From: a virus
Strand: one strand, 5' to 3'
IMG/VR virus record: IMGVR_UViG_3300011112_000003
Location: 1-64,000 of that record
Length of the DNA: 64,000 bases
This document shows, in pieces, positions 1-9,445 of the stretch; position 1 is the stretch's first letter; every line of letters begins with the position of its first letter. The position numbers and the translations under genes are program-made. The notes beneath the pieces are model-generated. The model saw only the letters and a program-made list of their open reading frames with translations, was not told the DNA's origin and made no database searches.

Positions 1-290
1 CGACCACCGCCACCACCGCCACCGCCGCCACCGCCGCCACCGCCAGCAATGAACCGCCCTCGATTGTCCCGCTGCCCCCCGCCTGCCCCCCCACGCCCCG
101 CAGTCACCGCTCCCGCCTGCTGCGCCGCGCGGGTTTGCTTATCCAACTCGCGCGTGACCGCCTCTTGCGCTCGACGGAACCGATCGACTGGCTCCGTCGA
201 GAACGTACGCTTGAGGGTTGCCCCAAATCGACGAAGGAGCCGATCCTCGACGTCGATTTCTAGGGTGGTTTTATGCTTTTCGTTTGGCAA
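1..290 (-). CDS. Probable tape measure protein, N-terminal part (runs off window)
   Basis: TTG start at 290 gives MPNEKHKTTLEIDVEDRLLRRFGATLK...; directly follows the tail chaperone; RDNRG(RF) motif and Gly-rich stretch with an apparent 1-nt indel near 55-60. Confidence 0.55.
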   Translation of the reverse strand, partial: MPNEKHKTTLEIDVEDRLLRRFGATLKRTFSTEPVDRFRRAQEAVTRELDKQTRAAQQAGAVTAGRGGAGGGQRDNRGRFIAGGGGGGGGGGGGGG

Positions 291-753
291 CCGTCTCGCC
301 TCTCAGAAAGCTCTGCACGAACTTGTTGTCAAAAGGTTCCCGCATGGGATCCGTTTCGGCAAGCTCCACCGCGTCCCATTCAGCGTTGCCTGTCAACTCC
401 AGTTGGTGATCGGCTATCTTCTCAGCCTCTGCGCCCGTGACCGTCTTTGTTTTCGCTCTGAAGTTCGGCGAGTAGGGATCCTTGTCCGAGTCTTGCTGCG
501 TACGGTCCTTTTTTACTGCAGCTGCGAAGTTATCCGCTTCGATGCTCTTCGCTGCTCGGAACAGAATCATCTGATCCAGCGCTTCCCGGGCCGAAAGACG
601 CAAGAGTCTCGGATCGTTGGGAGGTAGGTTGAACGTCGCACTCCACATCCCCTGGAGCATCAGATCCGGCTCCGCCTGCATCCTCGCCTTCGTCTCCGCT
701 AACGTCGATGCCTGTGCCGAGAAACCTATGCTCGTATGCCCTCGCATCGGCAT
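271..753 (-). CDS. Tail assembly chaperone C-terminal extension (GT-like, probably reached by +1 frameshift)
   Basis: Overlaps the upstream chaperone ORF in the +1 frame; W..F.LPPNDPRLL motif; lies between tube and tape measure. Confidence 0.6.
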   Translation of the reverse strand: MPMRGHTSIGFSAQASTLAETKARMQAEPDLMLQGMWSATFNLPPNDPRLLRLSAREALDQMILFRAAKSIEADNFAAAVKKDRTQQDSDKDPYSPNFRAKTKTVTGAEAEKIADHQLELTGNAEWDAVELAETDPMREPFDNKFVQSFLRGETVAKRKA

Positions 754-1123
754 ACAGAATCAGCAAGGGTGGATAGTCGTATAGTTCGGCGCCGCGCTTG
801 CTGTCTCGCCACCACTGCGGGCACTTCTCATGGTCTAGCGTTATACTTAGATAGGCTAGCGACTCAGCAAGGCTCTGCGCCTCGCCATCGACGTTAGGCA
901 CCTCGTCCAAGAAACGCGTACGCAAGACGCCAATGTCCACACGCTGGGCCATAGTCGGCACTTTGAACGGGAACCTACCCTTGTAGGGGCGCCTCCCGTC
1001 CAAGGATGCCGCGTCGAGTACGAGTATCGTCTTTGGCGATAACGGCTTGTCGTCGTCCGGCGGCGTAGTCTGTGCTTCTACGGCTACTTGAGAAGCCGAC
1101 TTCCGGTTTCCTGACTGATGCAT
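530..1123 (-). CDS. Tail assembly chaperone (G-like)
   Basis: Position after tail tube; G.F.FK.PT...R..I and A.L...L...P.WW pattern; acidic tail. Confidence 0.6.
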   Translation of the reverse strand: MHQSGNRKSASQVAVEAQTTPPDDDKPLSPKTILVLDAASLDGRRPYKGRFPFKVPTMAQRVDIGVLRTRFLDEVPNVDGEAQSLAESLAYLSITLDHEKCPQWWRDSKRGAELYDYPPLLILYADARAYEHRFLGTGIDVSGDEGEDAGGAGSDAPGDVECDVQPTSQRSETLASFGPGSAGSDDSVPSSEEHRSG

Positions 1124-1176
1124 GAGGGTTCCCTTTCGTGGCCGGTGAGCCCCGGCATTCGGTCACCCTACCAGAA

Positions 1177-1782
1177 CTATGGCATGGCGCCGATCTCATC
1201 CTGGCTGCGGACTACGGACCGAGCCATACCTAGTAATATGTCGCGGAATGCGATGGGTGTCGCTTTACGCTCCTGCTTCGACATATGCACCCCACTGCCA
1301 TTCCTTGGTGCATTGGTTACCCATACCTCGGATTCGCCCCGACCCCACCGCAGAGAAGGCAGTTCGCATCCGAAAGCATATAACCAAGTCGCCTTCCGAG
1401 CCCGATGGCCGTAATGCACCTGCTCGACGTGCGCAGACCACCCACCACAGAATCCTTTCTGCCAGCCTCCCTTGCTGGGCGCAGGGAGATCGAACGCCCG
1501 CCATGCAGCCGAGCTAGCTGGATGTTCGAGTACCCCCCCCCATTTCCGCACAGCGCCCAAGGCAGCGGCAAACGTGCCCCCATCGTCGCCTCGCCGAGCA
1601 CCTCCCTTCGCTTCGACCACCGGCGCAAGAACCGACCACCGCGCACAGGGTGGATGCGCCACTACGGGGTATGGACCTTTGTAAAATAGGGCATCGCGAT
1701 CCGCGTCCCACAGGTCGACGCCCGGTACGCCGGAATAGACACCGTGGGTTTCGACAAACAACGCGGCAACTTGATAAGGCAC
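1177..1782 (-). CDS. Putative C5-cytosine methyltransferase-like protein (short phage type)
   Basis: AHPPC (motif IV-like), VLEHP (motif VI-like), RKATWLY; no clear FxGxG; own upstream TATCCGCTA motif. Confidence 0.6.
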   Translation of the reverse strand: MPYQVAALFVETHGVYSGVPGVDLWDADRDALFYKGPYPVVAHPPCARWSVLAPVVEAKGGARRGDDGGTFAAALGAVRKWGGVLEHPASSAAWRAFDLPAPSKGGWQKGFCGGWSAHVEQVHYGHRARKATWLYAFGCELPSLRWGRGESEVWVTNAPRNGSGVHMSKQERKATPIAFRDILLGMARSVVRSQDEIGAMP

Positions 1783-1814
1783 CCTAGTATGCCTTTAGCG
1801 GATAAAGACGACGA

Positions 1815-2258
1815 CTACGGCGCGGCGCCGATCTCGCTCTCATCCTGGATGCGCACCGCGACGAACTCGGTGTCCGTGAGTACGATGCCCCGGGCGCCGA
1901 TGTTGACCGTGTAGCGCGAGGCTTTCACCCGCTGGATGGACGCAAGCACCTCGCCCGTGACGTTGTCCTCGACGCTACCCGTGAGGTCGGGCGCGTTGAT
2001 GATATCCGCGAGCCGTGGGAAAATGCGGATGCCGTCCCGGTTCTTGATCGAGTTGGTGACCACACGGACCCACTGCGCCGTGAACGTCACGCGGTAAGCG
2101 ACGGCAACAAACTCCGCCACTTCCATCTGATCCAGCACCTCGACCGGGTCGTACTGGATCTCCTCGGAGTAGTTGACGTTGGTGCAGTACAGGACGGGCA
2201 CGCCTTCGATGAGAAGCCTTGCGCGCGCGCCTGAGAGAACTCTGCCTAGATCAGCCAT
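1815..2258 (-). CDS. Tail tube protein
   Basis: 147 aa directly after the sheath; VLSGARA start and beta-rich pattern. Confidence 0.75.
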   Translation of the reverse strand: MADLGRVLSGARARLLIEGVPVLYCTNVNYSEEIQYDPVEVLDQMEVAEFVAVAYRVTFTAQWVRVVTNSIKNRDGIRIFPRLADIINAPDLTGSVEDNVTGEVLASIQRVKASRYTVNIGARGIVLTDTEFVAVRIQDESEIGAAP

Positions 2259-2268
2259 CGATCAGCTC

Positions 2269-4563
2269 CTACGCGGCTACGGCCACTGTCGGGGTCAGGT
2301 GTACGGTGATCGGGATAAAGTTGATCGGGTTGACCAGCGCTACCTCGATGCTGACCGGGAACACGTCCCCGACCTGCTCTACTTGCAGCGAGCGGTGCCC
2401 CACGATCTTCTCTTCCGCCACGATGCGATTGGCGACCTCGATGGCAAGCGCCTTGATCGCGCCCGTGCTGTTGCCGAGCCCGCGCTGGCCAATCTTCTTT
2501 TCGAGCGCGGTGCGGAACTCGAACACGAAGGTGTTGAGCGATTCGTTGCTCGACATCTCGACGAACGCGAGGTTGTCGTCGGCCAGGTGGGTCGTGATGC
2601 TGCGGACCCAACGGATACCCACGTTATCGACTTGCTCCGCAATCATGAGCCCGCGATCGATCAGGTCGCTCGTGTCGTCCTCGACGTCCCACGACGGGTC
2701 GTTACGGATGGCGTTGCCAATGACCAGCTTGCGCGTGAGCGGCTCCGCAATGGCGCTGCCCGCCTGCATGCCCGCGGCAACCGCTGCGAACATGAACGGC
2801 GGGAAAAACGTCGCCACGCCCGTGATCGGGTCGAAGCGCTCCAGCTCCTGACTGATCGCCGACAGATGCCGCGTGTTGAGCGCGAGGATCTGCGACTGGA
2901 TCTGAGCCCGGGTCTCGCCGGAACCACTGCCGTCGTTCTTGCCGATGCCCACGTAGCCGTTGGCCTCGCTCTTGAGGCGGCCGGTCTTCGCAATGAGTGC
3001 CGACAGCGCAAGGTTGTGGATAGCCGGATCGGCGCTGAGTGGCACCAGGATGTTGTAGCGCCGCTTCTCCAGCAGCTTGAACGCCGTCTGCCACTCGGTG
3101 ATCGTCGTGACGCCCTCGGTGCCCCCCACGAGGAACACAGCCGCGGCCGTCGTCGCTGGGGGTAGGTCGCCGCCGGTTGCCCGCGCAGCATTCACGAACT
3201 GGCTGTTTTGGGTCAGCGTGACGATCGCATCGTTCAGATCGGCAAAGAAGTCGCCCACCACCGACCGCACGTCGGTTGCTGGCCGCGTCGGGCCCACATT
3301 GTAGTCGGCGTCGACCATGAGAAACGTGGTGAAGTTGCTGACCTGTGCAGTCGCCGAGAAGCCCGGGATGGCGTTCAGGCGATCGACCACCAAGGACACC
3401 GTCGAGAATGACGTGTGGTTGGTGATCGCCGCGGCGAGGGCCAGGGCTACCGAGTTGCCGCCTGGCAGGTCGCCGAGAAGTAGCGTTGTGATCGTCCCAA
3501 ACGCCACGCTACCGACCACGGGGGTCGTGTTGGCGGCCGTGAGGTCGAACACCTCGTTGACCGGCGCTCCCGCCGTGTTCGTGCCCAGGATCACGGCGTC
3601 TGCCGCAAAGTCTGCGCCAGCTGCCATCGTCACCACGCCCGCGGCCGCGCCGTTGGTGATGTCGACCAGCCCGCGCGTGAGCACGGTCGTCAGGAGGGTG
3701 AAGAGCGTGGCGGAGATCGGGGAGTCCGACACGGTGACAGTGCCCGCAGCAACTGCGCTCAGGCGGCAGGCCAGCACCTTCGTGAAGGCGGTGGTGCCCA
3801 CGACGTTGGTCGTACCGTTGAGCGTGATCGCGTCGGTGACCAGCGCGCCTGTACCATCGAGCCCGTAGGCCGTCAGGATCATGCCCACATCGGCCGCGTT
3901 GTTGCTGACCACATCAAGCACGCCCGCGGCAGGGATATCCGCAGTGCGCTCCGACTCCAGTCCCGCCTCGGTCTTCGTAACCGCCACGGTGAAGTCGGTC
4001 GCATCGATGGTGCCTAGGGCAGTGTCATATCCATTGGCGCCCGGCGTGTAGGTCGTATCGAAAATCGGCTCTCCGCCGATATCGTCAAATACCTCTGTGG
4101 TCCCCTCGAAGACCACGATGTACTTGAGCCCGACGTTCGTGCCCGCTTCGACCTCGACGTTGATTTGCGCCGTGAACAGACCGAAATCCTTAGAGGTGAT
4201 ATCGATGGCGGCAGACCCGTTGCCGTCAGGCAAGCCCGTGCCCGACTGCGTGGCGGGGTTCACCTTCACCAAGATTTCCTTCTGCGCGCCACCCGGCACC
4301 GCATCATCTTGGCTCGGCTCGAAACAGAAGATACCCGCGGTGCGCAGGTTGCCCGATCGGTACCGCTCATTGACGGTGTTCGGGTTATTGGCATCTGCCA
4401 AGCTCTCATCGACGGTGAGCGGCGCACCACCCTCGGCCGTACCAATGAGCGCGACCGTACCCACAGACGCGGGGGATACCGCAGCTAGCGCAGTAGCGTC
4501 GATCTTGGTGACCGCTTGCGGGATGTTGAGCCTTCTGCCCCCGAAGAAGATTGCAGTAGCGAT
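2269..4563 (-). CDS. Tail sheath protein (N-terminus extended to an ATC codon at 4563)
   Basis: ALIGTAEGGAP and AAVAAGMQAG...EPLTRK motifs, C-terminal PINFIPITVH; frame stays open to ATC-GCT-ACT at 4563 behind AAGGA. Confidence 0.9.
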   Translation of the reverse strand: MATAIFFGGRRLNIPQAVTKIDATALAAVSPASVGTVALIGTAEGGAPLTVDESLADANNPNTVNERYRSGNLRTAGIFCFEPSQDDAVPGGAQKEILVKVNPATQSGTGLPDGNGSAAIDITSKDFGLFTAQINVEVEAGTNVGLKYIVVFEGTTEVFDDIGGEPIFDTTYTPGANGYDTALGTIDATDFTVAVTKTEAGLESERTADIPAAGVLDVVSNNAADVGMILTAYGLDGTGALVTDAITLNGTTNVVGTTAFTKVLACRLSAVAAGTVTVSDSPISATLFTLLTTVLTRGLVDITNGAAAGVVTMAAGADFAADAVILGTNTAGAPVNEVFDLTAANTTPVVGSVAFGTITTLLLGDLPGGNSVALALAAAITNHTSFSTVSLVVDRLNAIPGFSATAQVSNFTTFLMVDADYNVGPTRPATDVRSVVGDFFADLNDAIVTLTQNSQFVNAARATGGDLPPATTAAAVFLVGGTEGVTTITEWQTAFKLLEKRRYNILVPLSADPAIHNLALSALIAKTGRLKSEANGYVGIGKNDGSGSGETRAQIQSQILALNTRHLSAISQELERFDPITGVATFFPPFMFAAVAAGMQAGSAIAEPLTRKLVIGNAIRNDPSWDVEDDTSDLIDRGLMIAEQVDNVGIRWVRSITTHLADDNLAFVEMSSNESLNTFVFEFRTALEKKIGQRGLGNSTGAIKALAIEVANRIVAEEKIVGHRSLQVEQVGDVFPVSIEVALVNPINFIPITVHLTPTVAVAA

Positions 4564-4578
4564 GGAATCCTTGCCTTT

Positions 4579-4734
4579 CTAGTTGGGCGCGGCCCAAGTC
4601 TTCCCGTTGAGTGCCATGCTGATCGCGGCGGGCGACACGCCCATGCTCTCCGCGATGCGCTTTTCGACCTTGGCCCAGAATCGCTTGATGGGGCTTTCCT
4701 TGCGGCGCCCGCTTCTGCCTTTGACCCCAGCCAT
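4579..4734 (-). pseudogene. Internally deleted HNH homing endonuclease remnant (51 aa)
   Basis: RFWAKVEK joined directly to an HTH tail IAESMGVSPAAISMALNGKTW; HNH core absent. Confidence 0.6.
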
Positions 4735-5057
4735 CAGCTCCTCGCCACCTTCAGGAAATCTTGGTAGAGCTTCATCCACTCGGCGGGAATCCGCTTCATG
4801 GTGCGGCCCTGCATGTGCCCAGATACGAATGCCGTGAGCAGCGCATCGCTCCGCCCTTGTGCCCATCGCCGCACAGTCATCTCGCGGTTGTCTGGCGCCT
4901 TCACGGGACGCGCGGCTGTCTTGCCTCCGCTAGGCTTCTTCGCCAGGGCCTCTTTCGCCGCGTCCGCTCGAAGCTGCCCGCTGGTCTTCGCCCGCACCGC
5001 AGGCGCAACAGATGCGGTGGGATCCGGGTCTCTATCGGCGGCTGGCTTTCTCGACAT
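4734..5057 (-). CDS. Hypothetical protein (virion module)
   Basis: AAAGGAA RBS; sits in the small pre-sheath gene position. Confidence 0.55.
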   Translation of the reverse strand: MSRKPAADRDPDPTASVAPAVRAKTSGQLRADAAKEALAKKPSGGKTAARPVKAPDNREMTVRRWAQGRSDALLTAFVSGHMQGRTMKRIPAEWMKLYQDFLKVARS

Positions 5058-5078
5058 ATCCAGTTCCTTTTGAAACGC

Positions 5079-5110
5079 AAAAAGGCAGCCCCACCGACGT
5101 GGAACTGCCC
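5079..5110 (-). terminator. Rho-independent terminator
   Basis: Minus strand GGCAG...CTGCC hairpin followed by TTTTT. Confidence 0.5.
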
Positions 5111-5170
5111 CTGGGCACTTTGGCAGTGCCGAGCCTCAGTAGGAATACTGTCCGTGCCCACCAATCGCTG

Positions 5171-5956
5171 TCAAGGATCCTCTGCCGGATCGATGGGATG
5201 AACGCCCCCGCGGACGCCAGCCACCACGAGGTCGTCGCCAAAGATACCGGCGATCGTCACGCTGGCAGGGTCAGTCGACATGATAATAGGTACCGTCTCC
5301 AACGACTTCATGGTCACGCCCAGGCGGCGCACGAACATGTTTTCGGGGAGATAGGAATCCTGCGGATTCATCTCATTGCCGTCGTACCGCGTCTCTACTA
5401 TCCCACAGCGCTGCATGACCCGTTCAGATCCCGTCAGGACAGCCTTCGCGAAGTGATAGAGGTACAGGCACATGTCTGGATGCGTCGCGTAGATGTAGAC
5501 GCCGTACGTCTTCTCGTACATCGCACCCTCGAACTCAGACGCCTCTTCAGCCGGATCCCCTGGTCTCGTCTGGCCTATGTATTGCGATAGGGCCGCCTGG
5601 TCCTCCACGTCGCGCTCCAACACCACGGCCATGCTCGGAAAGACACTGCTCGATCGGGGGTAGCTCAGGATGGGTACCGGGGGCGTGTTCTGGAAGCTCG
5701 TGATGTAGCTCTCGCGCTCGTCGACGGTGATCGCCGGATCGAAGAAGAAGCTGAAGAACCGGCGCAGGTCATCCACATTGGCCGGGTCGCTCAGGCGCTC
5801 ACTCTCAGTGCGCAGCAGCTTCAGGATAACCCGCTCGGGCATGACGATGCTGTGAGCACCCGCGGCCTGCTGGTAGTTGATCGCGGGCGCATCCTCGGGG
5901 AACTTCTGACCCTCAAACGTGCCCCCGAAGTTCCGCGGGTCTTTGCGATTCGCCAT
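5171..5956 (-). CDS. Tail completion/neck protein
   Basis: Synteny (neck genes then sheath); start MANRKDPRNF at 5956 coupled to the upstream stop. Confidence 0.55.
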   Translation of the reverse strand: MANRKDPRNFGGTFEGQKFPEDAPAINYQQAAGAHSIVMPERVILKLLRTESERLSDPANVDDLRRFFSFFFDPAITVDERESYITSFQNTPPVPILSYPRSSSVFPSMAVVLERDVEDQAALSQYIGQTRPGDPAEEASEFEGAMYEKTYGVYIYATHPDMCLYLYHFAKAVLTGSERVMQRCGIVETRYDGNEMNPQDSYLPENMFVRRLGVTMKSLETVPIIMSTDPASVTIAGIFGDDLVVAGVRGGVHPIDPAEDP

Positions 5957-5958
5957 GA

Positions 5959-6753
5959 CTATCCCTTCGTAGCTGCCCGGAACATCTGTGTGGCGATCCC
6001 GGTGATGTGCTTCTGCGTCTTCTGAGCGTAGCGTACGGCTTTGATGCCCGGATGAAACCAGTGCTCGGTTGCTTTGCCTTCGCTGTCTTCTGCGCCGCGG
6101 TTGATGCCTTCGCTTATCACGCGGAACGACGTGTGGCTCGATTGCGTCGCTTTCTTGTACTTCTTCTCTTGGCGAATGATGCCCTTGTACACGCTGCTGC
6201 CGTGCCATGGCTTCGCTTTTGTGGTCAGGATCTTGTGCGCCTGCTGGCTGACATGCGCGCTCGCCGCGCTCAGCCGCTCGCCGTACTGCACCTTGTGCGC
6301 CGCGGCCGCGGTCCCGCGCGAGGGCCGCGAAAGCGTGGGGGCGAGCCGCTGTGCCGCGGCATGGATGCTCACCGGCATTGAGGGGCCTGTGTTGCGCCCG
6401 CTCGAACCTGAGGCACCGTGACTGAAGGGGATAATCAGGTACTTGCCGTGCTTGCCGTGTTTCACCTTCGGGCCATTCAGCATCCAGTCACGCATGTCGC
6501 CGCCCTGGAACCCCTGCTCGACGAGGTTGGGCAGCACCCCCGACAGCGTGATGGTGAACTTACGATCGCCTTCCTCGGAAGTGAGCGCCTGGACGTATTC
6601 GCGGCTCGTGGACTTGAGCCCCGTCTGCGCCTGCCGCTTCCAATATGCGAGCGCGGCCGCGCCCATGCCCCGCACCATGCGCTCCTGGTCAGAGCGCGTG
6701 GGCAGCATCCCGAGCACATCGATAGCAATGCGGCTGATATCTACCTTGATCAT
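5959..6753 (-). CDS. Neck/tail completion protein
   Basis: PNLVEQG..GGDMR, YLIIPF, SFRVISE, WFHPG motifs typical of large-myovirus neck proteins. Confidence 0.6.
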   Translation of the reverse strand: MIKVDISRIAIDVLGMLPTRSDQERMVRGMGAAALAYWKRQAQTGLKSTSREYVQALTSEEGDRKFTITLSGVLPNLVEQGFQGGDMRDWMLNGPKVKHGKHGKYLIIPFSHGASGSSGRNTGPSMPVSIHAAAQRLAPTLSRPSRGTAAAAHKVQYGERLSAASAHVSQQAHKILTTKAKPWHGSSVYKGIIRQEKKYKKATQSSHTSFRVISEGINRGAEDSEGKATEHWFHPGIKAVRYAQKTQKHITGIATQMFRAATKG

Positions 6754-6756
6754 GGC

Positions 6757-7650
6757 TCAACATGCCCCAGTCACCGGCAGCTGCCTGTCGGAATCCTGTA
6801 GAAAGTCGAGCTGCGCGGAGGCCTGCAGGGGCAGCGGTTGTATCTTATCAGGAGACTCTTTGAACCCCTTGACGTCGGATCGCTGCGCATGTGGATGACT
6901 CATCACGATCCACACGGGATGGAAGTCGTACAGGACGCTCACAATGGTTCCGTCGGGCACCTTGCTGTTGCCGGTCGACGTCCAAACGATATGCCCTTGG
7001 TCGTTGAGGTCGAAATCGATCCCTTGTTCGAGCGTGACGAAACTACCCGACGCCGCCGTCTTCACGAGAATCTTCGTCATGTGTGCGATGCGGTAGCGCG
7101 CAACGTCCGTGTTCGCGGGCAGGTTCCGGAGCCGCCCCCGACGGTTGCCTTTTTTGATAAGCTCATTGAAGCTCATCAAGTCGTCGACCATCTCCAGCGA
7201 GTCACGCCAGGACAAGCGATAGGGCGCCTGCGTTGAGACTGCGACCTCGCCGGATGCCCACAGGCCGAACTTCTCATACAGTCGGGTGCTCGCAGAAAAT
7301 GCCGCCATGACCGCCTGGATCTCCAGCGGATCGACGTAGAAGTATCCCGACCCGTTACAGTCCGTGCAGGCTAGGTCCGCCTGCTGCGTCTCGTCGCGCA
7401 AGCACGGGCACAGCATCGCCTTGCGCCAGATGATCCGCTTGCCGTGCTGCAGGATGAGACGGTCAAACTCTTCTGGGCGGAAGTCGGCGCGGGTCTTGTC
7501 CTTGGGCAGCTCGTCGTTGGACTGCGCGAGCGGATCGACATCGCCCGCTTGTCCTGGGATGGCGTTGTTGAATGTCCGCGCGGGCGCGAATGGCGTTGCC
7601 GTAGCGCCCGGCGGGGGCGGGCGATACCCGTCGTCACTGGGGTGACTCAC
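6757..7650 (-). CDS. Head closure/neck protein
   Basis: W.KA.LCPC...C..CNGSGY motif of SPO1/Twort-like neck proteins. Confidence 0.65.
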   Translation of the reverse strand: MSHPSDDGYRPPPPGATATPFAPARTFNNAIPGQAGDVDPLAQSNDELPKDKTRADFRPEEFDRLILQHGKRIIWRKAMLCPCLRDETQQADLACTDCNGSGYFYVDPLEIQAVMAAFSASTRLYEKFGLWASGEVAVSTQAPYRLSWRDSLEMVDDLMSFNELIKKGNRRGRLRNLPANTDVARYRIAHMTKILVKTAASGSFVTLEQGIDFDLNDQGHIVWTSTGNSKVPDGTIVSVLYDFHPVWIVMSHPHAQRSDVKGFKESPDKIQPLPLQASAQLDFLQDSDRQLPVTGAC

Positions 7651-8270
7651 GGGATGTGCTTCCAGGTGATGCGACGGACGATCTGAGAGGTGGTGGCCTG
7701 CGAGATACCGAACTCCACAGACAGCGCCGTCTGTGTGACGCCGCCCGCCGCGTGGCGTCTACGCAAATCTCGCACCCGTTCCTCAGTCATGACCGAAAGC
7801 CCCTGCTGCTCGCCTGTCGCTATACGGCGGCGCTCTACGCAGTCTGCCATGTTGTCGAGCTGCGTGCCTAGCACCAGGTGTTCGGGGTTCACACAAGGCT
7901 TGTTGTCGCAGGTGTGGCGGACCAGCTTGCCCTCGGGGATGTCGCCCTTGTAGAGGCGGTAACTCGCCACATGGGCGCCGATGCGGGATACCCCGTCCAA
8001 CGCAAACGACGCATACCTCTTCGCCTTACTACCAGCAAATACCCAACAGTCGCCGAGCTTTCGGTTCGTCGACAGCAGCGCCTCGAATCGGATCTTTGGA
8101 TCGGTTTTATTTGGTCCATGTTTGAGCTTGAACCCGCGCCCGCGTAGGTAACGCGATACTGAAACCCGGTTCCTACCTATCTGCTCCGCGATGGCAGGGG
8201 CACGAGTACCCCGCTCAGCCAGCGCGATCATGGTTTGCTGCTCTTCGAGTGTGAATGCATATCCGCCCAT
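7647..8270 (-). CDS. HNH homing endonuclease with N- and C-terminal HTH
   Basis: CW.F.G, AHVASY, VRHTCDNKPCVNPEHLVLGTQLDNMAD. Confidence 0.9.
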   Translation of the reverse strand: MGGYAFTLEEQQTMIALAERGTRAPAIAEQIGRNRVSVSRYLRGRGFKLKHGPNKTDPKIRFEALLSTNRKLGDCWVFAGSKAKRYASFALDGVSRIGAHVASYRLYKGDIPEGKLVRHTCDNKPCVNPEHLVLGTQLDNMADCVERRRIATGEQQGLSVMTEERVRDLRRRHAAGGVTQTALSVEFGISQATTSQIVRRITWKHIP

Positions 8271-8313
8271 ATAGGCGCTGTAGCACAGGTATTACGAAGT
8301 AACCAACAAGTTA

Positions 8314-9429
8314 CTACGCCACAATCATCCCGATCCCCTTATAAAAGCGCCGCAGCTTGGGGATCTGCTCTTTGATTTGCTTGGAGTACTGAATGATGCG
8401 GGCGCCGTACCCGGCGTTCGTTGCCGACGACGTGGTGCCGATGGTCTGGCTCAAGCCGTCTAGTGAGAGGCTCAGGTTTGCAATGCCCGCGCCCGCGATG
8501 AGATCCCCGAATATCGAGAAAGGCCCGAGCGCCGCGAACATACCGATCAGATCGACGATGTTGCGGGGCACCTTGCCTGACTCGAAACCCGCGACAGTTG
8601 TCAGCCTGAACAACTGAGGCAGGTAGTCGAGCCCGTTGTAGATGCCAGGTAGGAAGCTGCCCCCCGCGCCCACCAGCACCTCGGTGAGTGTGCCTGCCGT
8701 GGGCACGATCTGGATCTGCCCCGCCGCCGGGTTGATGCGGAGCCATTCGTTGGGGAATATCACGACATTTTGACCCGACGGGTACTGCACCGCGAACTCG
8801 TCGACACAGATGAGTGGATAGTTGTCGAGCTGGATGAAGTCGAACGCCTGGTAGTCGCCGCGGTAGTAGTCGTGCAGCTCACTGAACGATGTCGGCAAGA
8901 TCGGTATGTCCAACTCATGCTCGAACCATCGGATCGCCGACAGGATATAGTGTTGGAATGTAGCGTCCGTCAGGGGCGTCCCAGTGTTGTCTGTGATATC
9001 CACGCCAAAGAAGTAGCGGGCTTTCAGTTGCTCGACGGTGAGGATCCCCAGTAGCGCTAGGCCGAGCCCCTCGATGGCGACAGAGGGCTGCGTGAGCCGC
9101 GTCTCGCCCGCGATGGTGCCGATGTAGCGGAAACGGTACTGGAAGGTCTCATCGCCGCGACGGTCGTAGAACTCCATCACGGGCTGATCGGACTTGAGCA
9201 CAATGCGCTCGGAGGGAACGCTGATCTCCAGGAAGCTCAGGCCTCCATCCGTGCTGCGCTCAACCACCAAACGCTCGTAGCCCGCCTCAACCACCGCTGC
9301 GATATTGTCATCGGTTGTGGTCAGCCGGATGACCGAACCCAGCGCTTGTGCGTTGACGCCAGGGTTGGCACCCTCCGCCAAATCGATGGGGATCGAGTTC
9401 TGCTGGCCGAGTGTAGACGCGATGGACAC
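8314..9429 (-). CDS. Head-tail adaptor protein
   Basis: L.ARYFFGVD, AI..FEHEL.I.I, AGIA..SLSLDGLSQ...TTSSA....YGARI motifs. Confidence 0.7.
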   Translation of the reverse strand: MSIASTLGQQNSIPIDLAEGANPGVNAQALGSVIRLTTTDDNIAAVVEAGYERLVVERSTDGGLSFLEISVPSERIVLKSDQPVMEFYDRRGDETFQYRFRYIGTIAGETRLTQPSVAIEGLGLALLGILTVEQLKARYFFGVDITDNTGTPLTDATFQHYILSAIRWFEHELDIPILPTSFSELHDYYRGDYQAFDFIQLDNYPLICVDEFAVQYPSGQNVVIFPNEWLRINPAAGQIQIVPTAGTLTEVLVGAGGSFLPGIYNGLDYLPQLFRLTTVAGFESGKVPRNIVDLIGMFAALGPFSIFGDLIAGAGIANLSLSLDGLSQTIGTTSSATNAGYGARIIQYSKQIKEQIPKLRRFYKGIGMIVA

Positions 9430-9445
9430 CTCGGGCAGCGTACCC

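Noticed and set aside
4579-4581. Genome-wide TAG recoding to explain the sheath start
   Set aside because: TAG terminates clear genes (capsid, tube, scaffold, protease) and genes are not fragmented under the standard code
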